Origin: Candidatus Latescibacterota bacterium
GTDB lineage: Bacteria > Latescibacterota > UBA2968
Reading direction: 5' to 3'
Assembly: GCA_965207885.1 (NCBI GenBank)
Contig: OZ242311.1
Location: 3,936,001 to 4,000,000, forward strand
DNA: 64,000 bases
Shown here piece by piece: positions 43,607-54,750 of this stretch. Numbering within the stretch: the stretch's first letter is position 1; the number at the start of each line of letters is the position of its first letter. Both the position numbers and the translations under genes were made by a program. The notes beneath the pieces were generated by a model. It was not told the origin of the DNA. It did not search any database and saw nothing but the letters and a program-made list of their open reading frames with translations.

Positions 43607-45595
43607 TTACGCAACCTCTGATTTTAGTCGCGCAATCTCATCGCGATATTGCGCCGCCTTTTCAAACTCCAAATTCTCAGCCGCTTCGCCCATCTTGCGC
43701 GTCAATTCTTCAATTATATCCAGCCGATTGGCTCCGTCCATATACTCTGGCGATTCTTCGGCAACCAATGGCAACTCATCTGCCTTCTCATCTGCCACAG
43801 CCGTCGTCTGGAGAATCTCTTCTCTGGTCTTGTAAAGCGTCTCAGGCGTAATGCCGTGTATAAGATTATACTCCTCCTGCAATGCCCGGCGGCGATTCGT
43901 CTCATCGATGGCGCGCTGCATCGAATCCGTCACCTTATCCGCATACATAATAACCGTACCTCTGGCATTCCGCGCGGCTCGTCCAGCCGTCTGAATCAAC
44001 GACCGCTCCGACCGCAAAAACCCTTCCTTATCCGCATCCAGAATAGCGACCAGCGACACCTCTGGCAGATCCAGCCCCTCGCGCAACAAATTCACCCCCA
44101 CGAGCACATCGAACTCACCCAAACGCAAATCCCTGATAATTGCCACGCGCTCGAGCGAATCGACATCTGAGTGCATATAGCGTGCCTTGATACCCAACTC
44201 GCGCATATACTCCGACAAATCCTCTGCCATGCGCTTGGTCAGCGTCGTCACCAGCACGCGATCGCCGCGTTCTACCCGCACCCGCGATTCTTCAATAAGA
44301 TCATCAACCTGTCCGCGCACAGGTCTCACCACCATCTCGGGATCGAGCAAACCCGTCGGACGAATCACCTGCTCCACCACCACGCCCTGACACTGTTCCA
44401 ACTCGTAATCCGCAGGCGTGGCCGACATAAAAACAACCTGCGTTGCCTTCTGTTCAAACTCCTCAAAATACAACGGGCGATTATCTAATGCCGCGGGCAA
44501 CCTGAACCCGTGCTCTATCAACACCTCTTTGCGAGACCGGTCCCCATTCCACATCCCGCGCAACTGCGGAATCGTCACATGGGATTCATCCAGCACAATC
44601 AGAAAATCATCTGAAAAATAATCCAGCAACACATAAGGTGCTTCCCCGGGTTTTCGCCCATCGATATACCGCGAATAATTTTCAATACCCTGACAAAAAC
44701 CAATCTCGCGCATCATCTCGATATCGTAGCGCGTGCGCATCTCCAATCGCTGTGCCTCTAACAACTTGCCCTGATCATTAAACGCCTCCAGTTGTTTGGC
44801 GAGATCCACCTCAATCTGAACAATGGCTTTCTCAATGCGATTGCCACTGGTCACAAAGTGCTTCGCCGGATAAATAACAATGCGATCGCGTTCCGCAAGC
44901 ACCTCGCCCGTCACGGGATGCACCTCACTCAACGCGTCGATCTCATCGCCAAAAAACTCCACGCGCACCGGATGCTCGCGCTCGGGCGGATAAATTTCGA
45001 CCACATCGCCCCGCACCCGAAACGCGGCAGGCTCAAAAGCCACATCATTGCGCGTAAAATGAATATCCACCAGCTTGCGCAACATGGCATCGCGATCCAT
45101 CTCTGCACCGCGATCCAGAATCACCAGATGATCTTCGTATTCATCCGGATTGCCAATACCGTAAATACACGACACACTCGCCACAATGATCACATCTCGC
45201 CGCTCCATCAAAGCACTTGTCGCGCGCAGGCGCAAGCGATTGATCTCATCGTTAATATCCGCTTCTTTTTCAATAAACGTATCCGTCACTGGCTTATAGG
45301 CTTCGGGCTGGTAATAATCGTAATAGGAAATAAAATACTCCACGGCATTATTCGGGAAAAAACTCCGAAACTCGCCGTAGAGTTGTGCCGCCAGAGTTTT
45401 GTTGTGGGAAATTACGAGCGTAGGCTTTTGAACAGATTCAATCACCTTGGACATTGAAAACGTCTTACCCGTACCCGTTGCCCCCATCAAAGTCTGGTAT
45501 GACTCGCCATCTCGAATCCCCTGAGCGAGTTCTTCAATCGCCTGGGGCTGATCACCCGCAGGCTCAAAAGGCGATATTACTTCAAATCGCGGCAT
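43607..45595 (-). CDS. uvrB: Excinuclease ABC subunit B
   Basis: [57 protein letters not shown]-terminal UVR domain. Confidence 0.98.
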   Translation of the reverse strand: MPRFEVISPFEPAGDQPQAIEELAQGIRDGESYQTLMGATGTGKTFSMSKVIESVQKPTLVISHNKTLAAQLYGEFRSFFPNNAVEYFISYYDYYQPEAYKPVTDTFIEKEADINDEINRLRLRATSALMERRDVIIVASVSCIYGIGNPDEYEDHLVILDRGAEMDRDAMLRKLVDIHFTRNDVAFEPAAFRVRGDVVEIYPPEREHPVRVEFFGDEIDALSEVHPVTGEVLAERDRIVIYPAKHFVTSGNRIEKAIVQIEVDLAKQLEAFNDQGKLLEAQRLEMRTRYDIEMMREIGFCQGIENYSRYIDGRKPGEAPYVLLDYFSDDFLIVLDESHVTIPQLRGMWNGDRSRKEVLIEHGFRLPAALDNRPLYFEEFEQKATQVVFMSATPADYELEQCQGVVVEQVIRPTGLLDPEMVVRPVRGQVDDLIEESRVRVERGDRVLVTTLTKRMAEDLSEYMRELGIKARYMHSDVDSLERVAIIRDLRLGEFDVLVGVNLLREGLDLPEVSLVAILDADKEGFLRSERSLIQTAGRAARNARGTVIMYADKVTDSMQRAIDETNRRRALQEEYNLIHGITPETLYKTREEILQTTAVADEKADELPLVAEESPEYMDGANRLDIIEELTRKMGEAAENLEFEKAAQYRDEIARLKSEVA

Positions 45596-45736
45596 AACGA
45601 TTTCCCCTAAAAAGATCAGTTGTCGGTTCGCGCCTTGACTCACACCCTATAACTACTTTAATTTAGACAGAGAACTACTGAAATGCAAGGTCAACCCCGC
45701 TATTTCTATCCGCAGGCGAACTCGCAGGAGGTCTCC

Positions 45737-46924
45737 GTGAAAATTTTTCTCAAAAGCACCATTCTGTTCGCGCTATTTGGCCTGATGACCTGCGGGGGAA
45801 AGAGCAATGATACACTGGGACCAGGAGACTCGGGCAATCCTCCTGCCACCCCTGACGACACGACATCCGGCAATACGCAAACCTCAGGTTCAATCAATCG
45901 CGAACCGCAAGCAGGTGGTAATTTTCTCAGTGACTTCCCCAAAGACAGAATTCTATCGGGCGGCGTACCTCCCGATGGCATTCCAGCACTCACCGACCCC
46001 CAATTTGTAGAACTCACATCCAGCGAAGCCGCTTACCTCAGCGATGAGGACCTCATGCTCGGCGTAGTCCTCAATGGCGAAGCCAAAGCCTATCCCCACA
46101 ACATGGGATGGTGGCACGAAATCATCAACGACGTGGTTGGAGAACACCCCATTGTCGTGAGCTTTTGCCCACTGACGGGAACGGGACTCATTTTTAGCGG
46201 ACAGGGCAACGACCAATCGCGCATCCATTGTGGGGTCTCCGGTTTGCTATTCAACAACAACCTGATTATGTACGACCGTCGTCAACAGGGAATCCTGTAT
46301 CCCCAGATGATCCACATCCCGGTTGAAGGCGGAACCGACGAATTACAACTCCTACCCGTAATCGAAACCACCTGGCGCTACTGGAAACAACTCTATCCCG
46401 ATTCCAAAGTCATCAGTGACAATACGGGTATTTACTCGCCCAGCAGATACCAGAGCTATCCCTATGGCAACTATCGAGATCCGAATACCGCGCCGCTTTT
46501 CCCCTCCTTCCCCAGTTTGGAAGACAATCCGACCGCAAAGCTATTCCCGCCCAAAACCCTCACACTGGGTATCCGTTTTGGCGAAACGGCCAAAGCCTAT
46601 CCCTTTCCCACCCTGGGGACAGAAGCCGTTATCAACGACATAGTCGCGGATAATGCCATTCTCGTCGTCTATTACCACCAGGAACAATACGCAATACCCT
46701 TTAATCGGGTGGTCGATGGACAGACCCTCACATTTGAGAAAGCACTTCCCCGCGATACTGTCTATCCCTTTCTCCTGCGCGACCAGGAAACGGGCAGCAC
46801 CTGGAACCTCAAAGGCGAAGCCATTGCCGGGCCACTCCAAAATAAGACCTTAGAACAACTACCTTCTCACAATGCCTTCTGGTTTGCATGGGCAACCTTC
46901 TGGCAGAATACTGGAATTTATTAG
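45737..46924 (+). CDS. DUF3179-family lipoprotein
   Basis: GTG start with GGAGG; lipobox LMTC; GGVPPDGIPAL, WHEIIND, SFCPLTG, SGLL, FWFAW. Confidence 0.82.
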   Translation: MKIFLKSTILFALFGLMTCGGKSNDTLGPGDSGNPPATPDDTTSGNTQTSGSINREPQAGGNFLSDFPKDRILSGGVPPDGIPALTDPQFVELTSSEAAYLSDEDLMLGVVLNGEAKAYPHNMGWWHEIINDVVGEHPIVVSFCPLTGTGLIFSGQGNDQSRIHCGVSGLLFNNNLIMYDRRQQGILYPQMIHIPVEGGTDELQLLPVIETTWRYWKQLYPDSKVISDNTGIYSPSRYQSYPYGNYRDPNTAPLFPSFPSLEDNPTAKLFPPKTLTLGIRFGETAKAYPFPTLGTEAVINDIVADNAILVVYYHQEQYAIPFNRVVDGQTLTFEKALPRDTVYPFLLRDQETGSTWNLKGEAIAGPLQNKTLEQLPSHNAFWFAWATFWQNTGIY

Positions 46925-46940
46925 ACGGACATGTCCTTCT

Positions 46941-47831
46941 ATGCACTGCTTTTATTGGCTCGCCCTCTTTATTCTTTTACCCCATACCGCTTATGCAGGT
47001 GCCTGGACACTCGCAAAAGGCCATCTCTGGGGCAAAATCACAGGTATGGCGCAATCGACAAATGAAGAATACGTGGCCGTTGGGGGCGCAGGTCGCGAAC
47101 CCGACCTCAACCGCCTCTATGAACCCGGAGACCGCGCGCACTATCGCGAAAATGGGCACTACAATTCACAGGCACTCTTTATCGACCTGTTTTACAGCTT
47201 GAGCGATCGCATCGACTTCGGCATACAAATCCCCTACTATCGTCGGGAATTTGAAAACATCGGCTTCCGGCCAGCGAATATCGCATCGGGTTTTGGTGAC
47301 ATGCGGGGAATTGCCAAAATCAACATTGCACAAAACCCTATCGTAGGCACAATAAAATTTGGAACCAAAGCCCCCACAGGCAAGTTTCAAAACCAGGATG
47401 GAATTATTTCCGCAGGTGAAGGCCAGTGGGATTTTGAATTCATTGCACAAATTGGCCGATCTTTTTGGCCCTTCCCAATGTACGCCAACATCGATATGGG
47501 GTATCGCGTCCGCCTGCAAAACAGTACCACCGATTACGACCCTGGCGACGAGTGGTTTTTGAACTCAGAAATAGGTTATACTCCCATTAAAAAACTCCTC
47601 CTCATCCTCAAATTAGAAGGCATCAAAGGTAGGCCATCTCGCGTATTGGGCCTCAAACTATCCAGCGATGTAAGACGCATTACCTATTTCGCGCCCACGC
47701 TCCTCATAGGCCCCTTTCAAAACCTGAGCTTCGAAACCTCGGTGCGTATAACCGCTGGTGGGCGCAACTTCCCCGCCGGTCATATATGGACCGCGGGGAT
47801 TTCATACTCAGGTCCCTTATCCAATTTGTAA
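46941..47831 (+). CDS. Outer-membrane beta-barrel protein (MetA-pathway/phenol-degradation-like transporter)
   Basis: Signal peptide, AGAWT, SGFGD, KAPTG, GEGQWDFE; alternating beta-strand pattern. Confidence 0.65.
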   Translation: MHCFYWLALFILLPHTAYAGAWTLAKGHLWGKITGMAQSTNEEYVAVGGAGREPDLNRLYEPGDRAHYRENGHYNSQALFIDLFYSLSDRIDFGIQIPYYRREFENIGFRPANIASGFGDMRGIAKINIAQNPIVGTIKFGTKAPTGKFQNQDGIISAGEGQWDFEFIAQIGRSFWPFPMYANIDMGYRVRLQNSTTDYDPGDEWFLNSEIGYTPIKKLLLILKLEGIKGRPSRVLGLKLSSDVRRITYFAPTLLIGPFQNLSFETSVRITAGGRNFPAGHIWTAGISYSGPLSNL

Positions 47832-47928
47832 AACAACTTTCTTTTATTTATCTTCTCACCTGAGCAGTTTGAACAACGGACTACCGCTGGGCTGCTTATT
47901 ATCAAATCCCTTATTAGAAAGGATGGAA

Positions 47929-48762
47929 ATGACCTCTTCCACGCCACATTCTACATCGTGTATAAAGTTCCTTCTCGCCATCGCGCTCTGCATCCTTGTA
48001 CCTCATACCGCTTATGGAGGCGCGTGGACACTTCAAAAGGGCCAGGTATGGAGCAAACTCAACCTTTTGACACAATCGACCTCAGAACACTATTTGGCAA
48101 ATGGAGATGTGGGGGAATTTCCCGCCACATACAAGTCCAACCAGTTATTTTTCGATGTGTTTTACGGCGTGAGCGACCGCGTCGATATCGGCATACAAAT
48201 TCCCTACTGTGGCAATAAATTTGTAGATATTGCCTCCGCTGTAGGTCTCCCAGAAGAGAATGCAAAAGAATCGGGAATTGGCGACCTGCGGGGATACACA
48301 AAAATCAACCTCGTGCAACAAGCTGTTGTGGCCACCCTGAAACTCGGATTCAAAGCCCCAATAGGTGAATATCGCCCAGCGCCCGAAGCTATATCCGTAA
48401 GCGAGGGGCAATGGGATTTTGATGTTATCTTTCAAATCGGCGGATCTCTATATCCCGCCCCGATGTACGCCAATATCGACCTGGGAATTCGCCTGCGGCA
48501 AGAAAACGAGACGGGCTATGATCCTCCAGAAGAATTGATTTACAACGCCGAAATAGGCTATAGTCTCACGGACAAATTTCTCTTCGCCCTCAAATTAGAA
48601 GGCTTAAGAGGCGATGACAGGCGCACCACCTATGTTGTGCCCACGGTCTTGATTGGCCTTAACCAAAACCTGAGCCTCGAAACCTCCATGCGTATGACAG
48701 TCAGCGGGCGCAAGGCTTTCGCTGGCAATATATGGGCAGTGGGGATTTCTTATCAAAAGTAG
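47929..48762 (+). CDS. Outer-membrane beta-barrel protein, paralog of the preceding gene
   Basis: GGAWT, SDRVDIGIQIPY, SGIGD, EGQWDFD, PMYANIDLG shared with 46941..47831. Confidence 0.65.
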   Translation: MTSSTPHSTSCIKFLLAIALCILVPHTAYGGAWTLQKGQVWSKLNLLTQSTSEHYLANGDVGEFPATYKSNQLFFDVFYGVSDRVDIGIQIPYCGNKFVDIASAVGLPEENAKESGIGDLRGYTKINLVQQAVVATLKLGFKAPIGEYRPAPEAISVSEGQWDFDVIFQIGGSLYPAPMYANIDLGIRLRQENETGYDPPEELIYNAEIGYSLTDKFLFALKLEGLRGDDRRTTYVVPTVLIGLNQNLSLETSMRMTVSGRKAFAGNIWAVGISYQK

Positions 48763-48788
48763 GACAGGACCACGAGGCATTAAAGTAT

Positions 48789-48813
48789 GAGCGGGCGGAT
48801 ATTTCGCCCGCTC
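48789..48813. terminator. Terminator hairpin between convergent genes
   Basis: GAGCGGGCG-N7-CGCCCGCTC followed by T-rich sequence. Confidence 0.65.
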
Positions 48814-48821
48814 TTCTTTGT

Positions 48822-50027
48822 TTATAAAATTACATGCTCGCCACCCGTACTCAAACGCCCGTGATCCCAGGGCGTAATCCAATCTTCGGCAATATCCATT
48901 CCAAATCCCGGCGCATCCGAAGGCACCAGATAGCCATCCTTGGGCACGGGCACGCCCGGCATCCGCGCTACTTCTTCCAGAGGCACCCCCACGGGAGTAC
49001 TCAAATGAAACTCACACAGAGTACACTCGGGCATCGCATAGCAAAAATGCTGTCCATAAGCCGAATTACAGCCCCCGTGCGGACTGCTCTTAATACCGGC
49101 GGCTTCGGCAATGTGGTGAATCTTCACGGCTTCGGTCATCCCTCCGCACCAGTGCAAATCGGGTTGCACGACATCCACACAGCGATTTTCCACGAGTTGG
49201 CGAAACGGAATCCGCGTGTGGTGATCCTCACCCGTTGCAATGGGAATCCAGGTCATGGCTTTTTTCAATTGAATATGCCCTTCGAGGTCTTCTGGAAACA
49301 GCGGCTCTTCCATCCATTTCAATTCGTAGGGTCTGAGCCTTTCCCCAAGACGAATAGCAAATTCCACATCGTAAGCCATCACGGGATTGATCATCAACTC
49401 GGCATTCACGCCCACAGTTTCTCGCGCCAGGGCGACCTTTTCCTCCATAATATTTATACCCGTGATACCCTGCTCGTAATGCACGGGATTCGTAATTTTA
49501 AACGCCTCAAACCCAAGCTCAATCGACCAATCGAGATCATCGCCTGTACAATAACACCGAATTTTCTCGCGGGATGGTCCCCCAAGCAATCTGTAAACAG
49601 GCTGATCGAGCAACTTCCCCTTCAAATCCCACAGAGCCAGATCAATTGCACTCTGCGCACACGCAGACAACCCCAGCGACCCATGCCTTTTGGAAGCCCG
49701 CCACATCATATCGTTGAGATGCTCTGTCGCAAAACAATCTCGTCCCTCCAATAGTGGCGCGTAAAAAGCATCGATCAATGCGGCAACCGGTTCGCCAAAT
49801 CCCGTTCTGCCCAGGCCCCATGTGCCATCCTCAGCCGTTATTTTAACCCATACGCCCCGCCCGCCAATACCCGGCGACTTGCTCGGTACATCTGGCGGAA
49901 ACTCCGGATATTTATTCATAGGCAGGCCAATCGGTGACGAATGCCGCCAGCTCGAACGGCGGGCGGGCGTTATCGGTTTCTGTTGTGGAATGGAAACATT
50001 CACAACTTCAATGGACTTGATCTTCAT
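48822..50027 (-). CDS. Mandelate racemase/enolase superfamily sugar-acid dehydratase (L-rhamnonate dehydratase-like)
   Basis: SAIDLALWDLKGK, PVYRLLGG, WMEEPL, ATGED, QPDLHWCGG, PHG. Confidence 0.88.
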   Translation of the reverse strand: MKIKSIEVVNVSIPQQKPITPARRSSWRHSSPIGLPMNKYPEFPPDVPSKSPGIGGRGVWVKITAEDGTWGLGRTGFGEPVAALIDAFYAPLLEGRDCFATEHLNDMMWRASKRHGSLGLSACAQSAIDLALWDLKGKLLDQPVYRLLGGPSREKIRCYCTGDDLDWSIELGFEAFKITNPVHYEQGITGINIMEEKVALARETVGVNAELMINPVMAYDVEFAIRLGERLRPYELKWMEEPLFPEDLEGHIQLKKAMTWIPIATGEDHHTRIPFRQLVENRCVDVVQPDLHWCGGMTEAVKIHHIAEAAGIKSSPHGGCNSAYGQHFCYAMPECTLCEFHLSTPVGVPLEEVARMPGVPVPKDGYLVPSDAPGFGMDIAEDWITPWDHGRLSTGGEHVIL

Positions 50028-50039
50028 AATTCCTCCAAT

Positions 50040-50639
50040 TCATGTATTGAGCATATAGCCAAAAATGAGAAACGCAACCCCTGCTCCCACAACACTACCC
50101 ACCAAAATCTGAGATACAGAATGAGCCTGTAATACGAACCGTGCCCACGAAACCAGTCCTGCGGGAACAACAGCCCACCAGCTGCCATAGAGCGCGACTA
50201 CCACACCACAGGCAGCCCAAAGCCCCATAGCGTGTAAGCTAATTTTCCACTGCATCGTTATCAAAAACGCGACAGTGCTCAGAACGGCGACACAGACCAT
50301 CAGCGCATATATCACAGGCGGCGAGTGTATGAGATAAAGAATACCAACACCCACCCAGGAACTCGCGCAATAAAATAAAAGCGGTCGCAGTCGGTCGCGG
50401 CGTTCTGGAATAAACAACTCGCTAATCTCACCTCGACGACGCATGTACAATACCACACCCCAGGGCGCGAAAACACTAAAAAACAGCGCGACCAAAACAC
50501 ACAATACAATCCAGGTACCCGAACCAGACGCCTCAAGGGATACCAGCACAATCACAACCCCCAGCACAAACACGGGATTTAAAACCCGAGAAACGCACAT
50601 GGCAAATTTCTCTTTATCAATCATGAGTCTTCCCATCAT
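50040..50639 (-). CDS. PAP2-like integral membrane protein
   Basis: Several TM helices; KISLH and WARFVLQAHSVSQILVG motifs; start may be 50624. Confidence 0.7.
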   Translation of the reverse strand: MMGRLMIDKEKFAMCVSRVLNPVFVLGVVIVLVSLEASGSGTWIVLCVLVALFFSVFAPWGVVLYMRRRGEISELFIPERRDRLRPLLFYCASSWVGVGILYLIHSPPVIYALMVCVAVLSTVAFLITMQWKISLHAMGLWAACGVVVALYGSWWAVVPAGLVSWARFVLQAHSVSQILVGSVVGAGVAFLIFGYMLNT

Positions 50640-50707
50640 TTTCAGACAAAATAACGAACCCCGTCCAGAAAATCAAAACTCAAGTTTTTGCTCTCGGATA
50701 CGATACC

Positions 50708-50736
50708 TTGACAACACCTTTGCATTAAACTATTTT
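50708..50736 (+). promoter_or_regulatory. sigma70-type promoter
   Basis: TTGACA-17 bp-TATTTT upstream of 50787. Confidence 0.5.
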
Positions 50737-50786
50737 GCTGACATTATCCACTGATTTGGCAAAGGGTTAGAAAAGAGGAGCATAAC

Positions 50787-51578
50787 ATGACACCTGAAAC
50801 AGCCCTGAAAACGCGGAAAAACATGCTCCGCGATGGGTACTGCGTCATAGACGATATTTTGACCGACGAGTTCCTCGAAGAACTGCGCGAAGAATCCGAG
50901 CGGTTAATTGCCAATCACATTGAGCATGAGGAATTTAGATATCAGGGTCAACACGTGAATGTGCGTGGTGAAGACAATCCGATCATCCAAAAACTGCTGG
51001 AATGGGAACCATCGCGACGGGCACTAGAACAACTGGGCTTCGGAGATTTCCAAACCGGTGGCGGCATCATCATCCTCACCAAAGAACCCAAAGGTCCACC
51101 GCTCTACTGGCACCAGGACTGGATGCAATGGAACGATCCCATCAGTTGCTCACCCTGGCCGCAGATCATATTTCTGAACTACTATCTAACCGATACCGCA
51201 GTAGAAAACGGCTGTTTGAAAGTCATCCCCGGCACCCATCTCAAGCGCATACCACTCCACGACCAACTGGTGCCAGCGCACGAACAGGGCGCCCGATTTA
51301 TAGAAGAAACCCATCCCATCATGTTCAGCGACCACCCGGATGAGGTCAACGTACCCGTCTCTGCACGCTCGCTGGTTCTGGGCGATGCCCGCATCCTGCA
51401 CTCTGCCGGAAGAAATTACACAGATGAGCGCAGAACCCTGATTCTCGCCTGGCACAGACGCCCCACCATTGACGTACCAGACTACTGGGAAGGGGATATC
51501 CCCGAAGTCATAGCCAACCGCGACCCCGATCAAAAGTACGAGGGATCTCGCCTCCCCGGCAAATACCTCAAACCGTAA
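50787..51578 (+). CDS. PhyH-family Fe(II)/2OG dioxygenase
   Basis: RDGYCV, WHQD, ENGCLKVIPGTH, ILHSA. Confidence 0.9.
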   Translation: MTPETALKTRKNMLRDGYCVIDDILTDEFLEELREESERLIANHIEHEEFRYQGQHVNVRGEDNPIIQKLLEWEPSRRALEQLGFGDFQTGGGIIILTKEPKGPPLYWHQDWMQWNDPISCSPWPQIIFLNYYLTDTAVENGCLKVIPGTHLKRIPLHDQLVPAHEQGARFIEETHPIMFSDHPDEVNVPVSARSLVLGDARILHSAGRNYTDERRTLILAWHRRPTIDVPDYWEGDIPEVIANRDPDQKYEGSRLPGKYLKP

Positions 51579-51594
51579 AAGAAAAGGCTAAAAC

Positions 51595-52590
51595 ATGCAA
51601 GCCACAGCACTCATCACCCAGGAGGGGCCCACCTTTGCCTGCGAAAACATCGTCCTTCCCGATCCACGCCCCGATCAAATCGCAGTACAAACCCGGTATT
51701 CCGGCGTCAGCATCGGCACCGAATTTGCCGCCATAACCCGAAAGCTCGACTACGGTCCCTATCCCCTGTGTACGGGCTATCAGGCCGTCGGCACCGTCGA
51801 ACACGTCGGCAAAGACGCAACCGGTTTCGCTGTTGGCGACCGCGTCTATTACCGCTGGAACCGCGTCTTCTCCCTCGCTACATCAGGTCAGAAAGTCTCT
51901 GCCAGCCAGGGCGCGCATACCTCTGCCGCAGTCCTGGACACGCAGGGACCGCGAGCCTTTGTCGCCCACTTGCCCGCTGACGTTGATGAAGCCGCCGCCA
52001 GCTTATTTGTCATGCCCGCCGTAGGCCTCAACGGCGTGGATATGGCCAACCCCCGAATGGGCGACCGCGTTGTCGTGTACGGCTGTGGCCTCGTCGGACT
52101 GGGCGTCGTCGCTGCATGCAGCCACCGGGGCTGTGAAGTCATTGCCATAGACCTGGAGGCCAACCGCCTCGACATCGCGCAAAAACTCGGCGCCGATCAC
52201 CTCATCCAGGACGCTGAAGCTGTCCGCGACATCGCCCCCGACGGTGCCGACGTCGTCTTCGAATGCACGGGCATACCCGCCTGCATTGACCCGGCCATCG
52301 CCCTTTGCCGCACCCATGGAACCTTCATTCTTCAGGGCAACTACGGCCGCCACCCCATCTCTTACAACTTTTTACCGCCCCACGGGAAACGCCTCACCAT
52401 GTACTATCCCTGCAACGATGGCGAAGCCCCCTGTCGCCGCGCCGTCATCAAAAACATGGGCACTGGCGTTCTCCCCTGGCATCACACCATCACCCATGAA
52501 GTCGCATCTTCAGACGCGCCGGGACTTTATCGCGATATCCTCAACGGCGAAGACAAAAACATTATCGGTGCTGTTATTCGGTGGTTCTAA
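51595..52590 (+). CDS. Zinc-binding (MDR family) alcohol dehydrogenase
   Basis: SGVSIGTE, GYQAVG, GDRV, GCGLVG, DVVFECTG. Confidence 0.88.
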   Translation: MQATALITQEGPTFACENIVLPDPRPDQIAVQTRYSGVSIGTEFAAITRKLDYGPYPLCTGYQAVGTVEHVGKDATGFAVGDRVYYRWNRVFSLATSGQKVSASQGAHTSAAVLDTQGPRAFVAHLPADVDEAAASLFVMPAVGLNGVDMANPRMGDRVVVYGCGLVGLGVVAACSHRGCEVIAIDLEANRLDIAQKLGADHLIQDAEAVRDIAPDGADVVFECTGIPACIDPAIALCRTHGTFILQGNYGRHPISYNFLPPHGKRLTMYYPCNDGEAPCRRAVIKNMGTGVLPWHHTITHEVASSDAPGLYRDILNGEDKNIIGAVIRWF

Positions 52591-52606
52591 AAAAGGAGCA
52601 ATCACA

Positions 52607-53659
52607 ATGGACAACTTAAAAGTCGGAATTATCGGCCTGGGCGGTATTGCACGGTCTCACTGCGATGCCATTGAAACCCTGAACAACGTCGAAATCGTCG
52701 CCGTTGCCGACCTCATTGAGGAAAAGCGCCGCGAATACATGGGCAAATACGACATTCCCAAAAGCTATCCCTCCCACACCGACCTCTTGAAAGACCCCGA
52801 AATCGACGCTGTCGCCATCACCCTGGGCCACCAACTCCACCAGCGCCTCACCGTTGACGCCTGCAATGCAGGCAAACACGTTCTGGTAGAAAAACCCATG
52901 GCCATTAGCCTGGAACAATGCGACAACATGGTCACAGCCGCAGCCGATAATGGAGTCAAACTAATGGTCGGCTTGACGCAACATTACTACGGCACTAGCA
53001 TCAAAGCAAAAGAAATACTGGACTCTGGCGCACTGGGCCCCATCATCACCGCCGTGTGTTACATGTCCAAAAACTGGAGCTACGCCGGGCGCCGTCCGCA
53101 GTACCGCAGCCGCTACCACGGCGGGGGCATGTGGTTGACCAATGGCGTACACGTAGTAGATCGGCTCACCTGGATGATCGGCTCACAGGCCGTATCCGTC
53201 TCCGCCGCCATTGGAACCCGCGCCCACTACCAGGCCGCAGATGACTCTGCCACGGCCTTCGTCCGCTATAAAAACGGCCTGGCAGGCATTGCCGTAGCCG
53301 TTGGATTTGCAGATGGTGCGCCCGACCACGAATGTCAGGTCATCTGTGCAAATGGCACACTGCGTTTTTCCGAACACGGCGGAAAATATGTCAAAGTCGG
53401 CAAAAACGATCAGTGGGAAAAAGTCCCCTTCGATGAGCCGCCCTCAACCATGCACAACGAGTGGAAAGCCTTTGCCGAAGCCATCGCCCTGGACATTGAA
53501 CCACCCACCCACGGGGAATGGGCGCGTCACATTATGGAAATCCTGTTCGCCGCCGAACAATCTGCCATCACCGGTAGAGAAGTCGCATTGGAAAGCGGAC
53601 CGGGCTGGTTCAACCAGCGCTCTGGCTCGCCCGTGACAACGCAACACGGCTGGATATGA
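52607..53659 (+). CDS. Gfo/Idh/MocA family oxidoreductase
   Basis: VGIIGLGGIA, AGKHVLVEKPMA, GGGMWLTNGVH; AAGGAG RBS. Confidence 0.92.
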   Translation: MDNLKVGIIGLGGIARSHCDAIETLNNVEIVAVADLIEEKRREYMGKYDIPKSYPSHTDLLKDPEIDAVAITLGHQLHQRLTVDACNAGKHVLVEKPMAISLEQCDNMVTAAADNGVKLMVGLTQHYYGTSIKAKEILDSGALGPIITAVCYMSKNWSYAGRRPQYRSRYHGGGMWLTNGVHVVDRLTWMIGSQAVSVSAAIGTRAHYQAADDSATAFVRYKNGLAGIAVAVGFADGAPDHECQVICANGTLRFSEHGGKYVKVGKNDQWEKVPFDEPPSTMHNEWKAFAEAIALDIEPPTHGEWARHIMEILFAAEQSAITGREVALESGPGWFNQRSGSPVTTQHGWI

Positions 53660-54750
53660 AAATTTTATTTGTCGCGCAGTATGGCCCCTTAGCAGCCAGC
53701 AGTCGCACGCGGGTTTTCGATTATTTGCCCCTGTTGCGTAGAGCGGGCATCACCTGTGATGTCAAAGTCGTAACCCCCGATGACCTGATCAAACGCAATA
53801 CCAGAGGCATTTTCTCGCGTCTTCTGTACTATGTCCTATCCTATTTTCGCGCCCTATGGACGGGATGGACTTGCGTTTTTACAGCCTCGCAATACGACGC
53901 TATACTGATTCAAAAAACGCTGTTTTCTTTTCCCATACCACATCTGTTGCGCCGATACAGACACAAAATATTTTTCGATTTTGACGACGCTATCTTCACA
54001 CTCGAAAACCCCAACGCGGGATGGATCAATCGGTTGCGAACCCAACGGCGCGCAATGGCTGTACCCGCGATGTTGCAGACGGCACACTGCGCGATTGTCG
54101 AAAATGCCTACACCGCTGATTTTGCAGCCCGTTATTGCCCTTATATTTCACAAATCACGGGACCCATTGATACCGCGCGTTATGTCCCCTCAAAAAAAAT
54201 AACGGGTGAAAAGATCGTATTGGGATGGATTGGAAGCCAGTGGACAACGCGGTATCTGGACATGATTCGAGACCCACTGGCCGTTCTCTCGCGGCGATAT
54301 CCCAATTTGGAATTGCGTTTGATTGGCGCAGGTGAGTTTGACGTTCCCGATTTGCAAATTGTGCACATGGACTGGGCGTTAGAAACCGAAGTTGATCATT
54401 TACAGACATTTGACATTGGCTTGATGCCACTACCCGACGATCCTTTTACGCGGGGCAAAGGAGGATACAAACTACTGCAATACATGGCCTGCGGATTGCC
54501 CGTGGTGGCGAGTCCAGTCGAAATCAACTGCGAAATCGTCACCCATGGAAAAACCGGATTTTTGGCTGAGACAGACATCGAGTGGATCGAATTTTTGGGT
54601 ACATTAATCGAAAATAAAACCCTGCGCAATCGCCTGGGGATTGCCGGGCGCGCCCGTGTGATCGCGCATTATGCACTCGAAAAAAGTAGCGAACAATTGC
54701 TGGCTCTTCTGCAGCGGAGCACACACCAATGCGACACGCTTTTACAGTAG
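53656..54750 (+). CDS. Glycosyltransferase family 4
   Basis: ASSRTR, FDFDDAIF, GWIGS, DIGLMPL, GYKLLQYMACGLPVVAS. Confidence 0.9.
   Translation: MKILFVAQYGPLAASSRTRVFDYLPLLRRAGITCDVKVVTPDDLIKRNTRGIFSRLLYYVLSYFRALWTGWTCVFTASQYDAILIQKTLFSFPIPHLLRRYRHKIFFDFDDAIFTLENPNAGWINRLRTQRRAMAVPAMLQTAHCAIVENAYTADFAARYCPYISQITGPIDTARYVPSKKITGEKIVLGWIGSQWTTRYLDMIRDPLAVLSRRYPNLELRLIGAGEFDVPDLQIVHMDWALETEVDHLQTFDIGLMPLPDDPFTRGKGGYKLLQYMACGLPVVASPVEINCEIVTHGKTGFLAETDIEWIEFLGTLIENKTLRNRLGIAGRARVIAHYALEKSSEQLLALLQRSTHQCDTLLQ

Noticed and set aside
45737-46924. Selenoprotein form of DUF3179
   Set aside because: The motif is read as Cys (SFCPLTG) with no in-frame TGA.
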